Shown piece after piece: positions 29,054 through 37,506 of a DNA stretch of 51,536 nt. Location: positions 1 through 51,536 of the forward strand of contig PIVU01000004.1 of the NCBI GenBank assembly GCA_003354025.1, in the 5' to 3' direction. The translations under genes were made by a program, and so were the position numbers. This stretch comes from Nitrospirota bacterium (GTDB lineage Bacteria > Nitrospirota > Thermodesulfovibrionia > UBA6902). The stretch's first letter is position 1, and each line of letters opens with the position of its first letter. The notes below the pieces were generated by a model, which was not told where the DNA came from, made no database searches, and worked only from the letters and a program-made list of their open reading frames with translations.

Positions 29054-31828
29054 CTAATGTACATGCCTGCCGCTCATCGGCAGTCCAAGCATATATATAG
29101 CTGACACGACAATGACAACGGCATACAAGGACATTGCGATGGTCATCTTATACATGTGATAAAGTGGTTTTTGATAGCGTCTGAGTAAACGGTAAAGTAC
29201 ATACAAGGTTAAAATGAATCCTGCTGCCAGTATGCTCATTTGAATGTAGTAGATAGCTTTTAGCCCAAGAAGGGGAGCTGGATTCCAGTTTATGGGCAAT
29301 GACATACCGATACCGATATTCTGAAGAAAACGTACTGTGGCTGGAAGTGCTATAGGGCTTTCGAGCAGCAAATGCTGAATGTTGTGTGCGAAATGAAGGC
29401 CCACGCCCATTGGTATAAAGAGAAAGGCAAAATCTTTTACAAGGTCAATAGTTCTGTATTCATTTTTGCCGAGCCATAGCTTGAGTATGTAGCATATTAC
29501 ATAAAATATTGCCACGGGGATTAAAAGTACAAGTGTAAATGTTATAGTGTAAACCAGTGAAGATTCGGTAACACCAGTAAATGAACTGAAACCGGCTTTT
29601 ATCGGTCCCCATGATGAGGTCATAGCAAGAGTCTCTACAATGACTACTCCCAACAATAATAATGCTGCGATGGCTTCCGCCTTTGATTTACGAATGCTTG
29701 AATAAATATCCTTGCCGAATGATCTTAGGCGCAAACTGAGGTTTTGCGAAGGACAGGCAGGCTGGCATTTCATGCAGAAATTACAGTATACGTTGTTATC
29801 CATGTCTTCAGGTGACTCTAACATCGGGCATGCTTCTGCACATGTTTTTCGTCCATGTGCTTCGCAGCGGCCTTTCTTACATGACCGCAGCTCTAAGGGG
29901 GATATCATTGAGTAAATGCCGATTACTGCCCCGATTGGACATACGTGCCGGCAGAAGGACCGGCGCTCATAAACTATACTGAATATAACGGCGGCAGAGA
30001 GAATGATAAGAATTACTACAGCAGTTATGAAGGGACTGCTGCCGAATGCCAGAGTAGAAAATGCCCAGGTCAATATCAGAAAACCTATAATCTGCAGTCC
30101 CATGTTCTGCATCCAGTGAGGGAGCTTTTTATTCAGAGAAATATATTTCTGCACAAAGTCTGAAATGGCTGCAAATGGGCACATCATGCACCAGAAGCGT
30201 CCTGCAATGATAAACGTAAATATGATAATAGACCACCATAAAGTCCAGGTGAAAACAGTTGCAATATTTCGCTGGCCGTCCTGCACATCAGAAAAACCTA
30301 AATATATAATGGCAAGGAAAATGATAAGTGTGGGAACGATGAATAAATACCTGAAATATTTTGAGGTGACTAGCTGTTTTATCCAATTAAATTTAAATAG
30401 GTCAACCCCTTCTGTATCTTGTTCTTCTGCTGGATTATTGCCTGAGCGGTTTAACTTTCGCATGATTATTAAGCCCCCTATCAAACCAAGGGCTATTGAC
30501 GAAAAACCTATATAACCTGTCATGGAAGCACGTGCATCGAAGTCTTTTAACGAAGCTTGAATGTAATGAAAGTGGTTCTCCTTTTTTGCAGAGTCCTGTC
30601 CGGAATCAAAACCTGTAAAGGCGACAGTTATGGGATTGCCGAAAATGTCTTTGCCGGCTTCGTCTCCAATACGGAACATTGTTTCGTTGCTTGCATATAC
30701 GTCTACATGCTCTTCATTGTTTTTTGAGTGGTCATGATTAACGTGTGCTTTATCCAGGGTGAATATGCCGTGATGCTCAAGAGTATTACCAACGACAAGC
30801 AGCAAGTTATAGGCCTTGCCGATTTCAAAGGATACATCCTGCTTATCATTTGATTTAAGAGGGAAAGAAAATTCGTATGTATAGAAATCATTCTGGTGAT
30901 GGCCTTTATTAATAATATGATCTATATCGTCAGGTTCCAGAAAAAAAGTGCTATTTTCACGCTTAGTAAAATATCTGTCACTAACTGACCCACTGGACTT
31001 CATGACCTTTGCATCTTTATAGGCTCCGAGCATTCCGAGGTTAGCATCATTTTTAAACAGTAGTCCGACCCAGTAAGGTGTGTCTGTTTTTACAGCAAAA
31101 TAGATTTTGTTATCATCTATTTGTGTAAATACTTCGGCATAGTAGTATGGTTCCTCATGATTTTTGGAAGGATCGTGGGGTTTATAGTCTCCGAGGTAAA
31201 AATATCTGTGGCCCGTGTTGTCCCACTCCCCTGGAGTTATGCGGCCGTCAACTTTTATTAAGTTTCCTGTTTTACGGGCGATGAAGTTGGTGTTATTGGA
31301 CGCAAATGGTCCTGTGCCGGACGAATCAAAGCCGGCAAAATCATAAGGATTGTATTTGTAGACTTCCTTGGCCGGTGCAGAACCGCATCCAGTTGCCAGA
31401 TAAAGATTGCCCGTAACTGCATCCACATCCATTACGAGCTTATCAACATCAAAGTTTACGGGGCCCAAATGGTACTTGCCGTTATAATTATCCAAAGGCT
31501 GTGACTCAAACTGGTAAACGAGTTTTTTGTGTACATATTCTAACTTGCGGAATGTCAATGGAAGAGGTGGGTTATCAATATTATCGGTGACAAACTTTAC
31601 AGCAATTGCACGGGCCAGTTCAGGAGTAATATACACTTCTGATTCATGGACTAATAGATTGCCCTCGCTGTCTTTGATACTGTAGCGGCTGTCCTGATTA
31701 CCGAGGAGTGAACTGTCTGATATAATGACGTCCTTGCCATTGCAGGCGTTTGCAGTATTGAAGGGGATTAATAAAGAAATAACCAGTATCAGAATAACTA
31801 AACCGGACGCTTTTCTACTTTCAAACAT
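29054..31828 (-). CDS. membrane 4Fe-4S polyferredoxin (NapH/MauN/YccM-like) with large periplasmic PepSY-like and CBM9/DOMON-like domains
   Basis: GRFWCMMCP, RSFCRHVCPIG, CAEACP, CNFCMKCQPACP; IKVDGRITPGEW; many TM helices. Confidence 0.8.
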   Translation of the reverse strand: MFESRKASGLVILILVISLLIPFNTANACNGKDVIISDSSLLGNQDSRYSIKDSEGNLLVHESEVYITPELARAIAVKFVTDNIDNPPLPLTFRKLEYVHKKLVYQFESQPLDNYNGKYHLGPVNFDVDKLVMDVDAVTGNLYLATGCGSAPAKEVYKYNPYDFAGFDSSGTGPFASNNTNFIARKTGNLIKVDGRITPGEWDNTGHRYFYLGDYKPHDPSKNHEEPYYYAEVFTQIDDNKIYFAVKTDTPYWVGLLFKNDANLGMLGAYKDAKVMKSSGSVSDRYFTKRENSTFFLEPDDIDHIINKGHHQNDFYTYEFSFPLKSNDKQDVSFEIGKAYNLLLVVGNTLEHHGIFTLDKAHVNHDHSKNNEEHVDVYASNETMFRIGDEAGKDIFGNPITVAFTGFDSGQDSAKKENHFHYIQASLKDFDARASMTGYIGFSSIALGLIGGLIIMRKLNRSGNNPAEEQDTEGVDLFKFNWIKQLVTSKYFRYLFIVPTLIIFLAIIYLGFSDVQDGQRNIATVFTWTLWWSIIIFTFIIAGRFWCMMCPFAAISDFVQKYISLNKKLPHWMQNMGLQIIGFLILTWAFSTLAFGSSPFITAVVILIILSAAVIFSIVYERRSFCRHVCPIGAVIGIYSMISPLELRSCKKGRCEAHGRKTCAEACPMLESPEDMDNNVYCNFCMKCQPACPSQNLSLRLRSFGKDIYSSIRKSKAEAIAALLLLGVVIVETLAMTSSWGPIKAGFSSFTGVTESSLVYTITFTLVLLIPVAIFYVICYILKLWLGKNEYRTIDLVKDFAFLFIPMGVGLHFAHNIQHLLLESPIALPATVRFLQNIGIGMSLPINWNPAPLLGLKAIYYIQMSILAAGFILTLYVLYRLLRRYQKPLYHMYKMTIAMSLYAVVIVVSAIYMLGLPMSGRHVH

Positions 31829-31833
31829 ACTCT

Positions 31834-31867
31834 TTTTTACAAGTTAAATATGAACAGAATATGAAGA
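31834..31867 (-). promoter_or_regulatory. TTCA direct-repeat box plus weak -10 for the polyferredoxin/seleno-TlpA operon
   Basis: TCTTCA (31867) and TGTTCA (31856) 11 bp apart; TAAAAA 17 nt after the last repeat start. Confidence 0.55.
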
Positions 31868-31895
31868 TAAGAATTTCTTATATTTATAAGGGTTA

Positions 31896-31951
31896 TCTTC
31901 ATACTTTATTCACTTCCTCTTCATATTCTCTTCGAAATATGTTGTTAATGT
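31896..31951 (+). promoter_or_regulatory. four-copy TTCA direct-repeat box plus -10
   Basis: hexamers at 31896/31907/31918/31929; TAATGT at 31946. Confidence 0.8.
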
Positions 31952-31983
31952 TAAATCAACAATAAACAAAGGAGGTGAGAGAT

Positions 31984-32229
31984 ATGATGCATTGGGGAGA
32001 CGTTGCTGGTATGGGATATGGAGGGTTCGGATTTGGCTGGATATTTATGGTTCTTTTCTGGGCGCTTGTTATAATGGGCGTGATTTATCTGTTAAAGCAG
32101 CTTTTCAGCAGTAGTCATGAGTCTGTTGCAATAGAGTCAGCTCAGGATGTTCTGAAGAAAAGGTATGCTGAAGGGGAAATTACAAAAGAAGAATACAATG
32201 ACAGACTTTCTGTGATTAGAGGGACTTAA
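31984..32229 (+). CDS. SHOCT domain-containing membrane protein
   Basis: MMHWG..GFGWIFM TM segment; LKKRYAEGEITKEEY; RBS GGAGG. Confidence 0.88.
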   Translation: MMHWGDVAGMGYGGFGFGWIFMVLFWALVIMGVIYLLKQLFSSSHESVAIESAQDVLKKRYAEGEITKEEYNDRLSVIRGT

Positions 32230-32357
32230 CAAGGTACAGTAGAACTTTTGTTGTATGATTTAAATCATAGCTAAGTTGACGTAACGATGGTAAAAAATAA
32301 TATTCAAACAATTTAGAGGCCTTGAATAAACAGCAGTAAAAATAAAGGAGGGGAGAT

Positions 32358-32999
32358 ATGAAACGTGCATTTTTAACAACAATCTTAATCTTGGGTTTGT
32401 CAGTAGTACCCGGTTTTGCCCAGATGAGCGGCGGCCATATGACTGACCAGGGTCATATGTCAGGTCAGGGTATGATGGGCAGTACAGGTTATGGAGAAAC
32501 GAAAGAGAATGACTCCTCACAGTACCCGGCAATGGGTTCCGGCATGATGGGCTACGGTGGTTATGGAATGGGTCCCGGAATGATGGGACAAGGTCGTATG
32601 GGTGGATACGGCATGATGGGACAAGGTGGATATGGTGAGTGCGGCATGATGGGGAAAGGCCACATGGGCGGCCGTGGCATGATGGGACAGGGACATATGG
32701 GTGGATCAGGAATGATGGGACAGGGTCATATGGGCGGCATGATGGGTTCCGGTGGTTATGGAATGAAAGGGTATGATGCTGAAGCCTATGAAAAGTACCA
32801 GGAAGATTATAAGAAAAATCAGGAAGAGTACCAGAAGTTTCTGGATGAAACCGCTTCTTTGAGGAAAAAACTTCACAATAAGAAATTTGATTATAATGAG
32901 GCTATTCGTAACCCGGATACAAAACGCGGGGTTATTCTTAAGATCGAAAAGGAGATGCTGGATATTCAGTGGGAGATATACGAAAAGTCTCAGAAATGA
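32358..32999 (+). CDS. periplasmic Met/Gly/His-rich heavy-metal-sensor-like (ZraP/Spy-like) protein
   Basis: signal peptide, GMMGQGHMGG repeats, C-terminal KFLDETASLRKKLHNKKFDY..RNP helical domain. Confidence 0.75.
   Translation: MKRAFLTTILILGLSVVPGFAQMSGGHMTDQGHMSGQGMMGSTGYGETKENDSSQYPAMGSGMMGYGGYGMGPGMMGQGRMGGYGMMGQGGYGECGMMGKGHMGGRGMMGQGHMGGSGMMGQGHMGGMMGSGGYGMKGYDAEAYEKYQEDYKKNQEEYQKFLDETASLRKKLHNKKFDYNEAIRNPDTKRGVILKIEKEMLDIQWEIYEKSQK
32541..32760 (+). repeat. intragenic imperfect repeats encoding GMMG(Q/K)G(H/R)MGG
   Basis: recurrent GG(C/A)ATGATGGG units. Confidence 0.85.
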
Positions 33000-33038
33000 A
33001 ATTGCTTGTTGCAGACGGTTGAAATGATAAGCGGTAAG

Positions 33039-33082
33039 AAAAGCAGCCATGTTTTTATTAGTCAAAAATTTGGCTGCTTTTT
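33039..33082. terminator. probable bidirectional terminator
   Basis: AAAAGCAGCCA / TGGCTGCTTTT inverted repeat between convergent genes. Confidence 0.6.
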
Positions 33083-33351
33083 ATAAAAGAGACTTGCTTG
33101 AATTAAGAAACAGATGACACCGGGTTTGAATCAGATAGTGAATATTAATGTTTAAATGTTCTGATGCTTTATTAAGGAATAATGCAACTACTGGGGCGGT
33201 TATGCTTTAACATGTTTTTAAGGTACAAAGTAAGGTTTAATAGTCATAGCAGTTTCCATTCTTTACTAACACGGCTGTACAACAGCTTCCCCGACTATTC
33301 TGGGCTTAATGTACTTGCTCTTTTTCATGCTGAACCTCCTGTTTATTGAAG

Positions 33352-34143
33352 TTATCGTTTCCTGCCCCCGGGTCCTCTTGAAAAATGTCTTGATGCAGTT
33401 ATGTCAATATCTTTTGTAATTGCCCCTTTTATAACCTTTACAGGTGCAGGCTTTTCTGTGCCAAACCCTCCCATGATAGCTCCCGGTACAGGAGGGCCGC
33501 CGCCATAAACATCTCTTACCCGCAGATAGTATGATCCGCCTGTATGAACGCTAATGAAATATTCCCCCTTATCCCCGGTTTTGTATGATGTAAATAATGG
33601 ATGACCGGTCATTGTGCCTGTTATATGAGCAGAAACGATTGCTCCTTTGACTGGCTTGCCATTAATATTTCTTACGATACCGGTAATTCCGGAAGCATCT
33701 TTAGCAACTGTCCTCTTGAAAGTATTGACATTGGAAAGAATTCCCAGGTTTAAACTCTGGTTTTTTTCAACAACAAAAGTCTGTGGATTGCCTGCTGCAT
33801 TCTGGCTCATATAAAATAAATCACCATTCTCAGGCGGTCCGACTTTATCACCAGATATTTTTTTAAAGGCCCCCATGTAGTACTTGCCAGTGGGTAAGGC
33901 TATACGAAACTTTCCTTTAGAATCCAGGTCGGCTGCTACATCGGGGACTCTAAAATATCGATTATGGTCAGGAACGGGCCTTTCACTATCCTTAAAAAAA
34001 ACAACTGTGCCCCCGGACATTGGCCCCGTATCCCCGATCATTATTGTGCCTGTTATCCATCCCACATCAAAGCTTTGTGCAAAAGCAGGTGATGCTATTG
34101 AAATTATGACTGCTAAAGTTAGTAATAACTTATTCTTGACCAT
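33352..34143 (-). CDS. exported protein with two carboxypeptidase-regulatory-like domains
   Basis: signal peptide; GITGIVRNINGKPVKGAIV; G.F.I.LPTGKYY. Confidence 0.7.
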   Translation of the reverse strand: MVKNKLLLTLAVIISIASPAFAQSFDVGWITGTIMIGDTGPMSGGTVVFFKDSERPVPDHNRYFRVPDVAADLDSKGKFRIALPTGKYYMGAFKKISGDKVGPPENGDLFYMSQNAAGNPQTFVVEKNQSLNLGILSNVNTFKRTVAKDASGITGIVRNINGKPVKGAIVSAHITGTMTGHPLFTSYKTGDKGEYFISVHTGGSYYLRVRDVYGGGPPVPGAIMGGFGTEKPAPVKVIKGAITKDIDITASRHFSRGPGGRKR

Positions 34144-34211
34144 CTCTGCTCTCCTTCCCGGCCTTTACTTTAAGGAGAGTATAAATGATATTTTATTGAT
34201 AAACAAGTCAT

Positions 34212-34586
34212 TTAATCATCTATGCTGTACTCATATTGAAGGCTTACGTCATCTTCATTATGATTGTTCCACTCCATACAGTAAACCTTCTGCCCTTTCA
34301 CAGGAGTAAATATTTCATTGCGTTCTGTTGTTTCCTCTTTGACATGGAATATTGTTTCATCGACCAGATGATAATGAAGGTTGAAATTTAAAGGTTTTGA
34401 TGCTGTAAATAAATAATGTAATTTGCGGGATGGCTCAACTTTAACGCATTTTTCAAGCACATCATCATCTTTAATAATAACCGAGGCCTTTTTGGCACCA
34501 CCTGATTCTGAATGGGCGTAAGCCATTGACACGGCTGCGATTGAAAATATTGAAACTATGAAAAGATTACGCAGACTTTTTTGCAT
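34212..34586 (-). CDS. exported hypothetical protein
   Basis: signal peptide ending AYA-H; FNLHYH, two Cys. Confidence 0.65.
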   Translation of the reverse strand: MQKSLRNLFIVSIFSIAAVSMAYAHSESGGAKKASVIIKDDDVLEKCVKVEPSRKLHYLFTASKPLNFNLHYHLVDETIFHVKEETTERNEIFTPVKGQKVYCMEWNNHNEDDVSLQYEYSIDD

Positions 34587-34632
34587 TTATATTCGCCCTT
34601 CTGTGTGTTGTTCATGTAACAGTTATATGCTA

Positions 34633-34836
34633 TTAGTTTAATACTTTAAATCCAGCCGTAACAACGGCGTTCGAGATTGCTTCCTGCGATGTTTTTGACT
34701 CATCGTATAACACCGCTGCCTTTCCAACAGCAACTTCCGATGATTGAATTCCCTCAAGACTGTCAATAGCATTCTTTACATTCATTACACAGTGCTGGCA
34801 GCTCATGCCATCGATATTTATATTATAGTTATTCAT
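34633..34836 (-). CDS. copZ: heavy-metal-associated (HMA) copper chaperone
   Basis: IDGMSCQHCV; ATG 34836 after GGAGG. Confidence 0.9.
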   Translation of the reverse strand: MNNYNINIDGMSCQHCVMNVKNAIDSLEGIQSSEVAVGKAAVLYDESKTSQEAISNAVVTAGFKVLN

Positions 34837-34837
34837 G

Positions 34838-35269
34838 TTAATCCTCCTCAATGGATTCTATTACTGACTTATAAGCGGTATTCCTGCCCATCATTTGCGA
34901 GAAGTATTTCAATGCTACAATTGACAGGCACATGGAAAGAAATCCTGAAATTGCAGCCATTAGGTCGGAGTTAATGCTGCTTACATATAAAGGAAGGTAG
35001 ATTTTCCCTAGCATTGCTCCGCTTATCAAGGCAATAACAGGCAGGACATATATAAGCATAGCGCCCTTATAAAATGTATAGGCTTTCATCACTAGTCTTA
35101 CTTTTTGACCTACTCCGGCACGGGCTTCATTTATAGCTTCTGTTTCGATGCCATCTGCCGGGATGTCACAGGCTGGTTTTTCGCATTTCTCACATAAACT
35201 CTTTTTTCTAGAGACGACTACAGTTGCTGTATAACCGTCTATACTTTTCACAAAGCCAATTTCATGCAT
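34838..35269 (-). CDS. RseC/MucC (SoxR-reducing system) family protein
   Basis: MHEIGFV..CEKC...C..A.VGQKV..YVLP; start moved to ATG 35269 after AGGAG. Confidence 0.82.
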   Translation of the reverse strand: MHEIGFVKSIDGYTATVVVSRKKSLCEKCEKPACDIPADGIETEAINEARAGVGQKVRLVMKAYTFYKGAMLIYVLPVIALISGAMLGKIYLPLYVSSINSDLMAAISGFLSMCLSIVALKYFSQMMGRNTAYKSVIESIEED

Positions 35270-35294
35270 GGCGATCTCCTTTAACTTATGTTTA

Positions 35295-35368
35295 ATCCTA
35301 GTCCTAAAATGTGAAAATTGTATGAACCGCCAAAACTTCATAATTTCTTCGAATACTTACTTTATGAT
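35295..35368. promoter_or_regulatory. divergent pair of TTCA direct-repeat boxes, each with a -10
   Basis: minus strand: 35328/35317 then TAGGAT at 35300; plus strand: 35335/35346 then TATGAT at 35363. Confidence 0.72.
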
Positions 35369-35398
35369 GGAGTAGGAAGAGAAAGGAGAAGGTATTAC

Positions 35399-36250
35399 AT
35401 GATCTGGAACTCAGTGACGGCAATGACTCTAATTGACATGGTTATCATCTCGCTGACTTTATTGGCTATCCGGAATATCTATATGACGAGAAAATTGCTG
35501 AAGCAACTTGACCTGTTAAGTGGATCATTATTGATGATGTGCGGACTTGTTTTAATTGCAATGTTTTATGTAGCCGATATATCGGTAATGCATATTTTGC
35601 CGACCTTTGTATCTATGGATTATGCTGTATCTATAATGACCAGGCTTCACCTTAGTTACAATTGGATAGCATCTGCTGTGGGGATAAGTTTTATAATAAT
35701 TAGTATCTTGTACTTTAACCGTATACTTTACCCGAAAATCCGGACACTTGAGACAGAACTGAGATACAGGGCATCAACTGACAGTCTTACAAAAACACAT
35801 AATAGATCAAAGTTTGATGAAATACTAACCGCAGAGGTAAAAAGGGCAAAGCGATATAATCACACCCTGTCACTCATAGAATTTGATATTGACCATTTTA
35901 AGGCAATTAATGATAACCATGGACACTTGCACGGTGACTATGCTCTGAAAACAGTTGTTGAACTGGCAAGAAAGAGTGTGAGAAATGTTGATCACCTTGC
36001 CAGATGGGGTGGTGAGGAATTTATGATTATTCTTCCTGAGACCGAACTGGAAAGGGCTGAGGCAATTGCGGAGAGGATAAAAGAAGAGGTAGAAAACTTT
36101 GACTTTAATAAGATCGGTAAAGTAACAGTAAGTTTTGGAGTCGCTGAGTTCAGAATCACTGACTCTGAAGAGATGCTTATTAAACGTGCTGATGATGCCC
36201 TATATGCAGCCAAAAGGAATGGAAGAAACAGAGTTGAGGTTTGTGTGTAA
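35399..36250 (+). CDS. membrane-anchored diguanylate cyclase (GGDEF)
   Basis: TDSLT, DIDHFK.IND.HGH..GD, I-site RNVD, ARWGGEEF; ATG 35399 after AGGAG. Confidence 0.92.
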   Translation: MIWNSVTAMTLIDMVIISLTLLAIRNIYMTRKLLKQLDLLSGSLLMMCGLVLIAMFYVADISVMHILPTFVSMDYAVSIMTRLHLSYNWIASAVGISFIIISILYFNRILYPKIRTLETELRYRASTDSLTKTHNRSKFDEILTAEVKRAKRYNHTLSLIEFDIDHFKAINDNHGHLHGDYALKTVVELARKSVRNVDHLARWGGEEFMIILPETELERAEAIAERIKEEVENFDFNKIGKVTVSFGVAEFRITDSEEMLIKRADDALYAAKRNGRNRVEVCV

Positions 36251-36321
36251 TAGTCGGAATTACAGTGTGCTGTATGCATGGAATATCCCTGATATTATGG
36301 AAAAGGTTTCGCTGGTCTGCT

Positions 36322-36355
36322 TATTCATAATTTGTTCACATTTATGAAGTAGACT
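36322..36355 (+). promoter_or_regulatory. TTCA direct-repeat box plus -10 ahead of a structured RNA
   Basis: TATTCA 36322, TGTTCA 36333, TAGACT 36350. Confidence 0.7.
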
Positions 36356-36361
36356 GGATGT

Positions 36362-36475
36362 AGAGAAAATAAGTGGGTGCTGACCCTGATTAAAAGGTTT
36401 TCCTACCTAACTAAGAGCCCAACCTTTTAACTTCAGCCATGTCCCCTAACATGGTCAGCATCCTCTTATTTTTTT
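36362..36475 (+). ncRNA. candidate structured small RNA (multi-stem, ends in U-run)
   Basis: outer stem AAAATAAG-GGGTGCTGA / TCAGCATCC-CTTATTTT; inner stems TTAAAAGGTT/AACCTTTTAA and CCATGT[CCCCTA]ACATGG. Confidence 0.55.
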
Positions 36476-36484
36476 ACGTTTAAT

Positions 36485-36513
36485 TTGCAGTCCTATAAAT
36501 AATGTGCTATGTT
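36485..36513 (+). promoter_or_regulatory. sigma70-like promoter for the DsbA gene
   Basis: TTGCAG-17 nt-TATGTT with TG extension. Confidence 0.45.
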
Positions 36514-36552
36514 CTTATTTAATTGCTAACTTATCTCTCAGGAGGTTTGACG

Positions 36553-37329
36553 GTGAAAAGAAACAGAACATTTATCTTGCTTTTTCCTATTGCAATATTA
36601 ATTCTGTTTGGATGCACACAGTCTTCGGATGAATTGAAATCATTGGGAGAAAAACTTGATTCCCTTCAAAAGGGCCAGGACAGTATAAAGACAGAACTAG
36701 CTGATCTGAAAAAAACTTTACAAACAAGACCTTCCCCGGCATCCAGAAAAACGGTTGAAGCAGTTAATGCTGTGATTGATATAGACAAAGATCCATACAA
36801 AGGTAAAGCAGATGCTATGGTTACTTTATTGGATTTCTCCGACTACGAATGACCATTCTGCGCCCGCCACGTCCGTGAGACGTTACCGAAGATTGAGAAA
36901 GACTATATCAAAACTGGAAAAGTTAAGTATGTTTATATGGATTTCCCTCTGGAGAATATTCACAAAAAGGCTTTCAAAGCACATGAAGCAGCAAGCTGTT
37001 CAGGTGACCAGGGTAAATACTGGGAAATGCACGGGTTAATTTTTGAAACAAAAAAAATGACTGAAAGTGACCTGGACCAGCATGCTCAATCTATAGGGCT
37101 CGATATGACAGCATTCAATGATTGTCTTGGCAGCGGCACATACGCATCTGATATCAGGATAGATATAGCTGAAGGCAGAAAGGTCGGTATATCGGGAACG
37201 CCCAGCTTTTTAATCGGAATTACCGGTCCTGACCAGTCGAAACTGAAAGTATCTATGAAGATAAGAGGGGCTCAGCCCTATGCTGTCTTTAAGGAGAACC
37301 TGGACAAAGTACTTTCCTCAATAAAATAG
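36553..37329 (+). CDS. selenocysteine-containing DsbA family lipoprotein
   Basis: GTG after GGAGG; lipobox LFGC; in-frame TGA 36850-52 gives FSDYE-U-PFC; continues to DFPL..H, GISGTPSF, GAQPY. Confidence 0.88.
36869..36883 (+). other. bacterial SECIS-like hairpin
   Basis: ACGUC-[CGUGA]-GACGU; loop begins 21 nt after UGA and contains GU. Confidence 0.7.
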
Positions 37330-37408
37330 AATTGGCGGTTGCTTGAGGTTGTTCGTTGTTCCCCGTGAATGTCAGGCTGCTGCATAAGTAACTGCCACTC
37401 CTGTATTA

Positions 37409-37464
37409 ACTTCACAAAGTATTCATTATCTCTTCATTTTATCTTCACGAAAAAGGATTATCTT
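37409..37464 (+). promoter_or_regulatory. four-copy TTCA direct-repeat box plus -10
   Basis: hexamers at 37409/37420/37431/37442; TATCTT at 37459. Confidence 0.8.
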
Positions 37465-37506
37465 ATATCCACGATATAAAAGTATTTATAAGACAATAGG
37501 TGAAAA

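Noticed and set aside
32541-32760. Repeats as a possible CRISPR array
   Set aside because: They are in-frame coding repeats without unique spacers, and there are no cas genes in the window.
35270-35398. Overlapping 5' extensions of the divergent rseC-like and GGDEF ORFs
   Set aside because: RBS-supported starts are at 35269 and 35399; the interval holds divergent promoters.
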